DNA of 62,752 nt from an uncultured Desulfomonile sp. (GCA_964401595.1 CAYNZA010000003.1:1-62752); one strand, 5' to 3'; shown: positions 9,396 through 18,261, counted from the stretch's first letter. Notes: generated by a model from the sequence alone, not told the origin. Translations and numbers: made by a program.

Positions 9396-10838
9396 ATGAA
9401 GTTCATGCCTTCAGGTGTGTGTGGCGATATGGATGAAAAAGATCTTTTTGAGAGAGAGCGACAAGTTGTTGAAACGGCCGATGCAATTCTTGCATCTGCG
9501 GCAGATAATAAAACAGCGTGGTATGATCACTACGAAAAACTTCTGAATGAATTTAGAAGGGTAGTAAAACAGTCCAAAAGGCTGATAAAGCTTGGAGATA
9601 TTTTTCAGCTAAGACTTAAAACGGTGAAGGAGAGGCTTTCGGAGGAGATTGAAAATCATCGAAAGACTCAAATAGAGAAAGAAGCTTTCCAGGCCAGGGT
9701 TTTTCAATCACAAAAGATGGAAGCCCTGGCGACTCTGGTTGGTGGCGTAGCCCATGATTTCAACAACATACTTCAGGTAATGTTGGGTTACACTGAACTG
9801 ATGTCCATGGACAAAAAAAATGATGACCCCGATCTCGAAAAACTGAAAACAGTCATTGAAGCCGGGAAAGGCGGCGCCGAGCTGGTAAAAAAACTGCTTG
9901 CCTTTGTGCAGCAAGGTAAAGGTTTTCCGGTCACATTGGATCTCAATAATCAACTTAGGGACATGATTTCAAAAATGTCTCCAACACTTCCGCAAACCGT
10001 TGATGTGGAACTCAGTTTTTTTGAAGGGCCAGCGCCAATTTATGCTGACCTCGGTGAGATTGACCAGATTCTCATGAATCTTGTCCAGAACGCTTTGGAA
10101 GCCATGCCACTTGGAGGCCGTCTCGGAATCCGGACATCAATGCACCGGTTCAATGACGAGAATTACGGGTCTCATCAGGAAATCAAACCAGGTAAATATG
10201 TTATGCTTTCAGTAACTGACACCGGTTCGGGCATGGACAAAGAGACATTAGCCAGAATGTTTGACCCATTCTTTACAACAAAGCAAAGAGGCACAACCAG
10301 AGGGACCGGATTAGGTCTCTCAGTCGTTACAGGAATTGTCCAACAGAATGCGTGGTTCATCACTTGTGACAGCCAAATTGGAAAAGGCGCCGAATTCAAA
10401 ATTTTCATCCCGTTGAGGGAAGGGGTTCCAGAGATGGCTCCCGAAACCGTTTCAGCAAGTGATGCTCGAATTCTTGCGGCGATTCTTGTGGTGGAAGACA
10501 ATCTGTTGGTGGCCGAATTGGAACGAAAAATCCTTCAAAACGCAGGTTATCAGGTTTTTCTGGCTTCGACCGGGTCTGAAGCGGTGGAGATCTTTAAAGA
10601 AAGGCGGGATGAAATATCTCTGGTAATGCTGGATCTCATAATGCCAAACATGTCGGGCGTGGACTGTTTGAAAGAAATCATGAAAATTGATCCTGATGCC
10701 ACAGTCATCGTTTTGAGCGGTTACTCACCGGAAAGCGACTTTGTGCGTCAAATATGCCCTCACATAAAGGGCTTTTTACGCAAACCCTGGCAGGCTTCTG
10801 AACTCCTTAACTCTGTTCGGGTGGCCCTGCACAGTTGA
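9396..10838 (+). CDS. Cytoplasmic histidine kinase with no sensor domain (N-terminal coiled coil, HisKA, HATPase_c) fused to a C-terminal receiver
   Basis: The H-box is LVGGVAHDFNNILQVMLGY, with N/G boxes (LVQNALEA, DTGSGM, GTGLGLS). The receiver LVVEDN...VMLDLIMPNMSG...LSGY...RKPW is canonical. The start is uncertain (TTG 9354, ATG 9396/9405/9429). Confidence 0.85.
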   Translation: MKFMPSGVCGDMDEKDLFERERQVVETADAILASAADNKTAWYDHYEKLLNEFRRVVKQSKRLIKLGDIFQLRLKTVKERLSEEIENHRKTQIEKEAFQARVFQSQKMEALATLVGGVAHDFNNILQVMLGYTELMSMDKKNDDPDLEKLKTVIEAGKGGAELVKKLLAFVQQGKGFPVTLDLNNQLRDMISKMSPTLPQTVDVELSFFEGPAPIYADLGEIDQILMNLVQNALEAMPLGGRLGIRTSMHRFNDENYGSHQEIKPGKYVMLSVTDTGSGMDKETLARMFDPFFTTKQRGTTRGTGLGLSVVTGIVQQNAWFITCDSQIGKGAEFKIFIPLREGVPEMAPETVSASDARILAAILVVEDNLLVAELERKILQNAGYQVFLASTGSEAVEIFKERRDEISLVMLDLIMPNMSGVDCLKEIMKIDPDATVIVLSGYSPESDFVRQICPHIKGFLRKPWQASELLNSVRVALHS

Positions 10839-10860
10839 TTAGAGCTACGGCAGGTTGAAC

Positions 10861-13224
10861 ATGGCCTTAATACTTGTAATTGATGAAAACCAGGCGCGAC
10901 TTGCCAGCACATGTGAAACCCTCGTGAACGCCGGTTCCCAAACATTAGGAGCAGTCACAGGCGCCGAGGGTCTTCGTTTGTTGGCCGAACATCAGCCGGA
11001 ATTAGTTTTGCTGGAAGAGCGCCTTCCCGATCTTTCCGGAGATGAGTTATTTCGCAGGATCAGGGACGATCCTTCTTTCAATGAAACCTACGTCATTTTG
11101 ATGTCCGGCATTGATGTCGAATCAGAGGCTCAGGATACCGCCTTTGAACGTGGAGCGGTTGTGTATATTCCCGGACCGGTTTCCAAACGTGACTTACTGG
11201 CCAGGATTGAACCCTTGAGCCATCTGATGAAGCGGAATGGAGACTCAATTAGTTATTTCGGGGAGCCGACAGTGACGCCGGACGCGTATTTTCAGGATGT
11301 CACTAAACTGGACTTGGAGCAGGAATCTCTTCGGCAACATTTGGTTGCTCTTCACAGACTGGTTGAGGACCGCTCCAACGCATTAATTCAGAATCAGAAA
11401 TTACTTTCCAAAATCATCAATCATCTTCCTGTAGCCATAACCTATTTAGATTCCAGCAGCCGTTTTGTGTTTTGCAACAAGACTTTCCAGTCGTGGTGGC
11501 TCAAATCATCAGAACAGATTGTGGGGTATGAGGCTAGGGAAATTCTAGGTGAAAGTAATGCCGTAGCGCTTTCCCAGATCAGAGACGGTCTTCAGGGAAA
11601 GATCCAGGAAGTTGAGTTGACGTACAAATTTCCTGACGGCCATACTCGGACGATATGGTCAAAGATAGTGCCGGATATGGGCATGGACGGAACCGTCTGC
11701 GGTGTAATCAGGCTCACTATTGACATTAGCGACAGGAAAAAGGCCGAGCAGGATTTGCATGACAGGGAAGAACTTTTCAGAAAGCTTTTCTACATTGCGC
11801 CGGATTCAATGGCAATAAGCAGATTGGAAGACGGAAAATATGTTGAGGTAAACCAGAAATTCACTCAACTGACCGGATTCTCCAAAGATGAAGTGCTGGG
11901 TCGGACTTCTCATGATGTTGGCCTGTGGACTAGCCCTAAAGAATTCAAGTTTTTGTATGACCAACTAAACAAGACCGGACACCTGGAAAATTTTGAAACT
12001 GAATTCATGCTTAAAGATGGCCAGGTCAGGGTTGGGCTTCTGTCGGCCACATTGCTGGAACTTGATAAAATACCCCATGTGCTTGGAGTAGTTCGGGATA
12101 TTGATGAAATAAAAAAGGCGCATGAGGAAAACTCACGCTTGGCGACCGCCGTCGATCAGGCAGCCGAAAGAGTAGTCATCACGGATTCTGGTGGGAAAAT
12201 AGTTTACGTAAATCCTGCCTTCGAGAAGATAACCGGTTATACCCGCGATGAAGTAAAAGGAAAATATCCGGCTGTAATAAGTAGCGGTCAACACGGTAAA
12301 TCCTTCTACGAAGAACTTTGGAAAACAATATCCAGTGGAAATGTCTGGAAAGGTCGCATCATTAATAAACACAAAGATGGCCATTTATTTCATGAACAAT
12401 CGACAATAACCCCTGTAAAAGATTCAACCGGCAGAATTAAAAACTATGTTCAAATGGCTACCGACATCACCGAGGAAGAGAACCTCAGGGGTCAGCTTGC
12501 CCAGTCTCACAAGATGGAAGCCATAGGAACTTTGGCCAGTGGTATTGCTCATGATTTCAACAATATAATTCAAGCGATCATGGGTTACACAGAACTGGTC
12601 ATGGATGATTTGCCTGTTGGAAGCCCGGCTCATTGTAATTTAGTGAAGGTCATGAACGCCGCCAGGCACTCAGGGGACATGGTAAGGCAAATACTGACGT
12701 TCAGTCGCCGTTCGGAGGCCGAGGCTAAAGCCATTGACATCGTTCCAATAGTAAAGGAAGGGCTCAAATTTCTGAAATCTGCAATCCCGTCTACCATTGA
12801 GATCGAAGAAAACATACAACCTGATCTGGGCATGATCCTTGGAGATCCTACCCAGATCCAACAGGTATTGATGAATTTGTGTGTCAACGCCTCTCAAGCC
12901 ATAAAGGGTGACAAAGGAACCATTTTGATCGAATTAGAGGAAGTCAACCTCGACAATAATTTTGCCGGCTACAACCCGCCTCTTGCTGCGGGAAAACACA
13001 TCAGATTGGCGGTTTCGGACACAGGTAGCGGAATTCCTTCAAATATCATGAGCAAGATTTTTGATCCCTATTTTACTACCAAGGTCGCAGGTGAAGGCAC
13101 AGGTCTGGGGCTATCTGTAGTTCACGGTATAGTCAGCAGTAGCAACGGCGCCATAACCGTGAACAGTGATCCCGGAAAAGGAACAACCTTTTCCGTTTAT
13201 TTCCCCTTGGTTGAACAGGAATAG
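10861..13224 (+). CDS. Degenerate receiver - 3x PAS/PAC - HisKA - HATPase_c sensor histidine kinase
   Basis: The N-terminal REC-like fold is followed by PAS modules (for example AERVVITDSGGKIVYVNPAFEKITGY). The H-box is LASGIAHDFNNIIQAIMGY, with DTGSGI and GTGLGLS. The ATG is at 10861; the listed ORF starts at TTG 10855. Confidence 0.85.
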   Translation: MALILVIDENQARLASTCETLVNAGSQTLGAVTGAEGLRLLAEHQPELVLLEERLPDLSGDELFRRIRDDPSFNETYVILMSGIDVESEAQDTAFERGAVVYIPGPVSKRDLLARIEPLSHLMKRNGDSISYFGEPTVTPDAYFQDVTKLDLEQESLRQHLVALHRLVEDRSNALIQNQKLLSKIINHLPVAITYLDSSSRFVFCNKTFQSWWLKSSEQIVGYEAREILGESNAVALSQIRDGLQGKIQEVELTYKFPDGHTRTIWSKIVPDMGMDGTVCGVIRLTIDISDRKKAEQDLHDREELFRKLFYIAPDSMAISRLEDGKYVEVNQKFTQLTGFSKDEVLGRTSHDVGLWTSPKEFKFLYDQLNKTGHLENFETEFMLKDGQVRVGLLSATLLELDKIPHVLGVVRDIDEIKKAHEENSRLATAVDQAAERVVITDSGGKIVYVNPAFEKITGYTRDEVKGKYPAVISSGQHGKSFYEELWKTISSGNVWKGRIINKHKDGHLFHEQSTITPVKDSTGRIKNYVQMATDITEEENLRGQLAQSHKMEAIGTLASGIAHDFNNIIQAIMGYTELVMDDLPVGSPAHCNLVKVMNAARHSGDMVRQILTFSRRSEAEAKAIDIVPIVKEGLKFLKSAIPSTIEIEENIQPDLGMILGDPTQIQQVLMNLCVNASQAIKGDKGTILIELEEVNLDNNFAGYNPPLAAGKHIRLAVSDTGSGIPSNIMSKIFDPYFTTKVAGEGTGLGLSVVHGIVSSSNGAITVNSDPGKGTTFSVYFPLVEQE

Positions 13225-13227
13225 GAC

Positions 13228-14028
13228 ATGAATAACCTCATTAATTACAAGGAAGTGTGGGCGGCGTTGGGTAATTTTACCTGGCGTATTGTGGCAGCTA
13301 CAATTGTGGTAGTCGTTGGAATCTGGCTGGTTAAGAGAATAACAGGGATTATAGACCGGTTACTTGTAAAGAGGAATGTAGAGCCGACTATAGTCCATTT
13401 TGTGAACAGTTCCTCTCAAGTCATACTCTATGGTCTTGTCTTCATAGAGGCGGTTCACAAGGTGGGAGTCGAGAGCAGTTCGCTGATAGCCCTCGTAGGA
13501 GCGGCTGGTTTTGCTGTTGGTTTTGCGATGAAAGCGCATCTGTCGAATGTTGCCGCTGGATTACTGATAATTCTTTTTAGACCATTCAGTGTAGGAAATT
13601 ACATTCAAGTAGGCAAGACTGAGGGTACTGTTGACAAGGTTGAATTGCTCCACTCTCAGATAAGGACCCCAGACAATACAATCGTGATAGTGCCCAACTC
13701 CCAACTCACATCTTCGCAAATAGTCAATTATTCCCTCAGAGACACCCGGCGACTGGTGATTAACATGAGAGTCCTTTACGATGTCGATTTCGACCACGTC
13801 AGGAGAACCATACAGACCATAGTCGATGAGGATCCCAGAATACTCAAGGATCGTAAAGCAATCATAGCAATTCAGTCGCTTGGGGAAAACAGTCTAAAAG
13901 TTGTCCTCAGGTGTTGGGTGAAATCGTCAGATCACTGGAGAGTGCAATTCGACACCACGGAAAAGATAAAACAGCGATTTGACGAAGAAGGAATCGGCTT
14001 CCCTGCTCAGCAAGCAGTTTCCAGATGA
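13228..14028 (+). CDS. MscS-family small-conductance mechanosensitive channel
   Basis: Three N-terminal TM helices are followed by the pore/beta-domain signature AAGLLIILFRPFSVGNYIQVGKTEGTVDKVELLHSQIRTPDNTIVIVPNSQL. It starts 3 nt after the kinase stop. Confidence 0.85.
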   Translation: MNNLINYKEVWAALGNFTWRIVAATIVVVVGIWLVKRITGIIDRLLVKRNVEPTIVHFVNSSSQVILYGLVFIEAVHKVGVESSSLIALVGAAGFAVGFAMKAHLSNVAAGLLIILFRPFSVGNYIQVGKTEGTVDKVELLHSQIRTPDNTIVIVPNSQLTSSQIVNYSLRDTRRLVINMRVLYDVDFDHVRRTIQTIVDEDPRILKDRKAIIAIQSLGENSLKVVLRCWVKSSDHWRVQFDTTEKIKQRFDEEGIGFPAQQAVSR

Positions 14029-14042
14029 AACCATTCCATGCC

Positions 14043-14375
14043 CTAATTTCCCATGGGAGTCTTCAATGTCTCTATAATCTGGTCGATGGAGAAGCTCGCC
14101 GCTCTCTGTCGGGGTGGAAATTCCTTGAACGTTTTGAGAAAATTTGCCACATATCCCTGTGCGGGAATTAAAAGGAAAGCGTGATCCAGGTACCCCATGA
14201 GTCCGTTCGTGTAAGCGCTAATATTGCTTTGCCCAATGTCATCCCCCCAAATCACGACTATGTTTGGTTTTTAGGTAGCCGATGCTTTTGATTCAATAAC
14301 GACTCCGCTTAACAAGAAGATTGCAAGTATCGCCGTGACTGACACGATTCTGAATGATGCGGCCTTCATTGGCAT
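14043..14375 (-). pseudogene. Arylsulfatase relic with a signal peptide, an in-frame TAA and a large internal deletion
   Basis: The minus-strand reading is [64 protein letters not shown] (sulfatase N-terminus). It joins directly to ...[33 protein letters not shown] (sulfatase C-terminus). The total is 111 codons, against about 500 or more for an intact enzyme. Confidence 0.7.
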
Positions 14376-14743
14376 ACTCCTGACATTTAGAATCCGGCTA
14401 AAAAGCTAGTCGTAATGTGACACCTCTGAACGACTCGGGATCAAGACCAAAACCATGACGCTCAACAGGCCATGAGACTTTAAGAATCTGATTTTTTAAG
14501 ATTATATTGGCTACGTGCCTTAGAAATATCATACATATTTAAAATGCTCCAGTAAAATTCTCCGGGATCGCCTTATGGAGGGTATTCCCCCATTCGTCGA
14601 TAAAGGTCACAAATGACCCTGAAACTTGCTATTGATCGACCTCAAACTCAGTAATTTGCACAGAAAAAAATTAGAGCAGTGTTTGCAACTATGATATCCT
14701 GAAGATGAGCAATACATGTCATGCCACGCATTAAGGTTGTGTG

Positions 14744-17074
14744 ATGACCAGATCTATTAAATACTTCGCCGGCGGGCTTCTCTGTCTTTTTCTTCTTTGT
14801 GAATGTATGAAAATTGATGCTCGCGCCAGACATGATAATGATCCTGGTGTGAGTCACACACCTCAGAACTATACAGGCTCTCAAAGTTGCCGAAAGTGTC
14901 ACGAAAAATTCTACCAGTTGTGGGCGCCTTCGCACCACGGGTTGGCCATGCAGCCTTTCACGGTGGATTTTGCACGAGATAACCTCACTCCACACGATAG
15001 CGAAATTGTCATAGGAGAATACAAATACCGACTGGAGATTATTGAAGGGGAGGGATGGGTTGTGGAGCGAGGTGCCCAAGACATGAAAAACTATCGGATC
15101 GATCACGTCATGGGTGGAAAGAATGTTTATTACTTCCTTGCCTCAATGGATCGCGGCAGGCTTCAGACTTTGCCGCTGGGGTACGATGTCAACCGAAAAG
15201 AATGGTTCGACGTGGTCGCCAGCGGTGTCCGACATTTGTCGGGCCAAACACACCAAACGATAAACTGGAAGGACTGGCAATACACTTTCAACACATCCTG
15301 CTATGGTTGCCACGTCAGCCAGGTTTCCACGAATTACGATTCCAGGACAGACACATACAACACCGTGTGGAAGGAGCCCGGAATCAATTGTGAGGCTTGT
15401 CACGGACCCGCCCAGGAGCACATCAGGGTTTGTGAATCGGCGCCAAAAGGGACTATTCCAAAAGATCTCAAGATTATACGTGGTGGTCGGGATTTCTCAG
15501 TGGAACAAAACAACGGGACATGTGCGTCATGTCATGCAAAATCTGTTGTAATTACAGAAACATTCCAGCCAGGGTTCAAATTCTTTGACCATTTCGGGCT
15601 GGTGACTCTGGAAAGCCCGGACTACTATCCGGATGGGCGGGACCTGGGTGAAAACTACTCTTACACGTCCTGGCTCATGAGCCCATGCGTCAAATCAGGA
15701 AAACTTGATTGCCTCCATTGTCACACATCCAGCGGGCGATACAAATTCAAAACGTCTGACAATCCTAATCTGGCATGCATGGCATGTCACAAGGAAAAGG
15801 TTGATAATCCCACTGAACACACAATGCACAAGCCGGACAGCCCGGGTAACAAATGTGTGGCATGCCACATGCCAATGACTGAATTTGCGAGGATGCGGAG
15901 AAGTGATCATTCGATGAGACCTCCGGCCCCGGCGGCCACAATCGAGTTCAATTCACCCAACGCATGTAATATCTGCCATGAAGACAAGGACCCAAAGTGG
16001 GCCGATGAGTGGGTTCGAAAGTGGCGCAAACGCGACTATCAGGCTGCGGAAATAAGCCGTGGCAAATTGATTGAATCCGGCAGGAAGAGAGACTGGTCCA
16101 GGTTAGATGAGATGATTGATTATGTTACTGGCCCAAATCGGGACGAGATCGTAGCTACATCACTGATAAGACTGATGACGCCGTCGGCAGATCCCGGATT
16201 TTCCCGAACCCTGTTGACCCTGGTAAAAGACTCTTCGCCTCTTGTTCGTTCTGCAGCAGTTACTGCCCTTCAAAATTATCCGTCAAGAGGGGCTATGTTG
16301 GCTATTGTTGAAGCCGCTGGGGATGAATACCGTCTGGTTCGTGTCAGCGCAGCAGCTGCTATGTCGGGTTATTCAAGCACACCGCTATCGCCTGGCGACA
16401 AAAAGAAAGTAGAGATGGCAAACAAGGAATACCTTGATTCGATTTTGTCTCGACCTGATCAGTGGGACTCTCACTACAACCTCGGCAACTATTATCTCGA
16501 CCGTGGAGTCTATACAGAGGCTATTTCCTCCTATGAAAAGGCTCATAAACTTGAACCTCGAGCAATACTGGTGATGGTGAATGAGGCCATGGCCTACGCA
16601 GGCATGGGCGATAGGCCCAAGGCAGCCGCATCCCTGGAAAAGGCCTTGAAAGTGGCTCCAGATAACGCCGTTGCAAATTTTAACCTTGCCTTGCTACAAG
16701 CCGAAGACGGTAATCTGGCAGGCGCAGAAAAACATCTTAGGACGGCTCTTGATTCAGACCCGCAGATGGGGCAGGCCGCCTTTAACCTTTGTGTAATACT
16801 CTCGAGAGACAGACTCGATGAGGCGGTTCAATTCTGCCAAAAAGCCGTTAAGGCTGCCCCGAACATTCCCAAGTATGCATTTACGCTGGCTTACTATCTG
16901 CAACAGAAGGGACAGTTTACACAAGCAGCGGATATTCTGGAAAAACTGATTGATCGCTTTCCAAATTATTCAGATGCATACACTCTGGCCGGTGAGATAT
17001 ACAAAAAACAGGGCAAGAAGGCTGACGCAATCAGAATCTACAAAAAAGCCATTGAGAAGGTCGGAAAACGTTAG
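14744..17074 (+). CDS. Exported octahaem c-type cytochrome fused to HEAT-like and TPR repeats
   Basis: A signal-like N-terminus is followed by eight CxxCH motifs (CRKCH, CYGCH, CEACH, CASCH, CLHCH, CMACH, CVACH, CNICH). HEAT-like segments follow (SPLVRSAAVTALQNY, YRLVRVSAAAAM), then C-terminal TPRs (YNLGNYYLDRGVYTEAISSYEKAHKLEP and others). Confidence 0.85.
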   Translation: MTRSIKYFAGGLLCLFLLCECMKIDARARHDNDPGVSHTPQNYTGSQSCRKCHEKFYQLWAPSHHGLAMQPFTVDFARDNLTPHDSEIVIGEYKYRLEIIEGEGWVVERGAQDMKNYRIDHVMGGKNVYYFLASMDRGRLQTLPLGYDVNRKEWFDVVASGVRHLSGQTHQTINWKDWQYTFNTSCYGCHVSQVSTNYDSRTDTYNTVWKEPGINCEACHGPAQEHIRVCESAPKGTIPKDLKIIRGGRDFSVEQNNGTCASCHAKSVVITETFQPGFKFFDHFGLVTLESPDYYPDGRDLGENYSYTSWLMSPCVKSGKLDCLHCHTSSGRYKFKTSDNPNLACMACHKEKVDNPTEHTMHKPDSPGNKCVACHMPMTEFARMRRSDHSMRPPAPAATIEFNSPNACNICHEDKDPKWADEWVRKWRKRDYQAAEISRGKLIESGRKRDWSRLDEMIDYVTGPNRDEIVATSLIRLMTPSADPGFSRTLLTLVKDSSPLVRSAAVTALQNYPSRGAMLAIVEAAGDEYRLVRVSAAAAMSGYSSTPLSPGDKKKVEMANKEYLDSILSRPDQWDSHYNLGNYYLDRGVYTEAISSYEKAHKLEPRAILVMVNEAMAYAGMGDRPKAAASLEKALKVAPDNAVANFNLALLQAEDGNLAGAEKHLRTALDSDPQMGQAAFNLCVILSRDRLDEAVQFCQKAVKAAPNIPKYAFTLAYYLQQKGQFTQAADILEKLIDRFPNYSDAYTLAGEIYKKQGKKADAIRIYKKAIEKVGKR

Positions 17075-17181
17075 GCCATCAGCCGGCTGGTGTCATGACT
17101 TGTGCGATATTTGTTCATTACAGTTCACCGACATTGTCAACTTTGTCATAAAAACGCAGCGTCTCAGGTGAGGTTTAAAAA

Positions 17182-18210
17182 ATGGGCCGTGTCAAAAATA
17201 AATATGGGACTGTATCTATCTTGATAATTTTCGTTTCGCTGGTCTTAAGTTTTTCGGTGTCGGCGCAGCCCGATCCGCTTCCTTCGTGGAATGACGGCCC
17301 GGCCAAACGAGCGATTATTTATTTTGTTGAAGAAACTACCAATGAGGCAGGATCAGGTTTTGTAACCCCCAATAATCGTGTGGCCACATTCGACCAGGAT
17401 GGCACACTGTGGGTTGAACACCCGGTTTACACCCAGGTCATCTACTGTCTCGATCGAGTTCGAGAGATTCTAAAAACCAGGCCGGAACTTGCGAACACCG
17501 AACCATTCAGGACGGTCTTCTCTGGCAAGAGCGATGCCATAGCCCGTCTCAGCATGGAAGATCTGGAAAAAATTTTCAATACTGCTATGTCCGGAATGAA
17601 CGTTGAGGAGTTCGCGGAGCAGGTCAAAAAATGGATGAACGACTCAATGCATATCCGTTGGAATAGACCCTACACGCAACTGGTTTACCAACCTATGATC
17701 GAAGTCATTCAATACCTTAAGTCCAAGGGTTACAGGACATATATTGTCACAGGGAGCGCACAGGACTTCGTGAGGGAGTATTCCGAGCAGGTCTATGGAA
17801 TTCCCCCCGAACAGGTGGTTGGAACAGTTCAGGCCACAAAATACGGTTATGACAAGGTCGGCAAACCGACACTCATCAAAGAGCCGAAGGTCCTGTTGCA
17901 AGATGACTATGCCGGAAAGCCGGAGGGCATTCATCTGGCAATAGGTCAAAGGCCCCGAGCTTCTTTCGGTAACTCCACGGGCGACCGTCAGATGTTGGAA
18001 TACACAAAGGCTGGCGCGGGGCAAAGCCTCTGCATGCTGGTTCTTCACGATGACGCAGCTCGGGAATATTCCTACGGACCTGCGCAAGGTCTGCCGGGAA
18101 CAAAAATCGGCGCCTTTACCCAGGAACTTTATGATGAAGCCGTAAAAAGTGGGTGGGTAGTCATCAGCATGAAAAACGACTGGAAGCGAGTTTTCCCGTT
18201 CGAGCCATAA
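17182..18210 (+). CDS. Exported HAD-superfamily (subfamily IB-like) hydrolase/phosphatase
   Basis: The signal peptide is ILIIFVSLVLSFSVSAQ. HAD motif I is ATFDQDGTLW, with later TGS and GNSTGDRQM motifs. Confidence 0.65.
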   Translation: MGRVKNKYGTVSILIIFVSLVLSFSVSAQPDPLPSWNDGPAKRAIIYFVEETTNEAGSGFVTPNNRVATFDQDGTLWVEHPVYTQVIYCLDRVREILKTRPELANTEPFRTVFSGKSDAIARLSMEDLEKIFNTAMSGMNVEEFAEQVKKWMNDSMHIRWNRPYTQLVYQPMIEVIQYLKSKGYRTYIVTGSAQDFVREYSEQVYGIPPEQVVGTVQATKYGYDKVGKPTLIKEPKVLLQDDYAGKPEGIHLAIGQRPRASFGNSTGDRQMLEYTKAGAGQSLCMLVLHDDAAREYSYGPAQGLPGTKIGAFTQELYDEAVKSGWVVISMKNDWKRVFPFEP

Positions 18211-18261
18211 TGTGAAAACACTGTTGGATAATCATCGTACAGATTTTTTCAGGAGGTCATC

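Noticed and set aside
14648-15106. 152-aa minus-strand ORF
   Set aside because: It overlaps the 5' end of the octahaem cytochrome gene in antisense and has no RBS or motifs.
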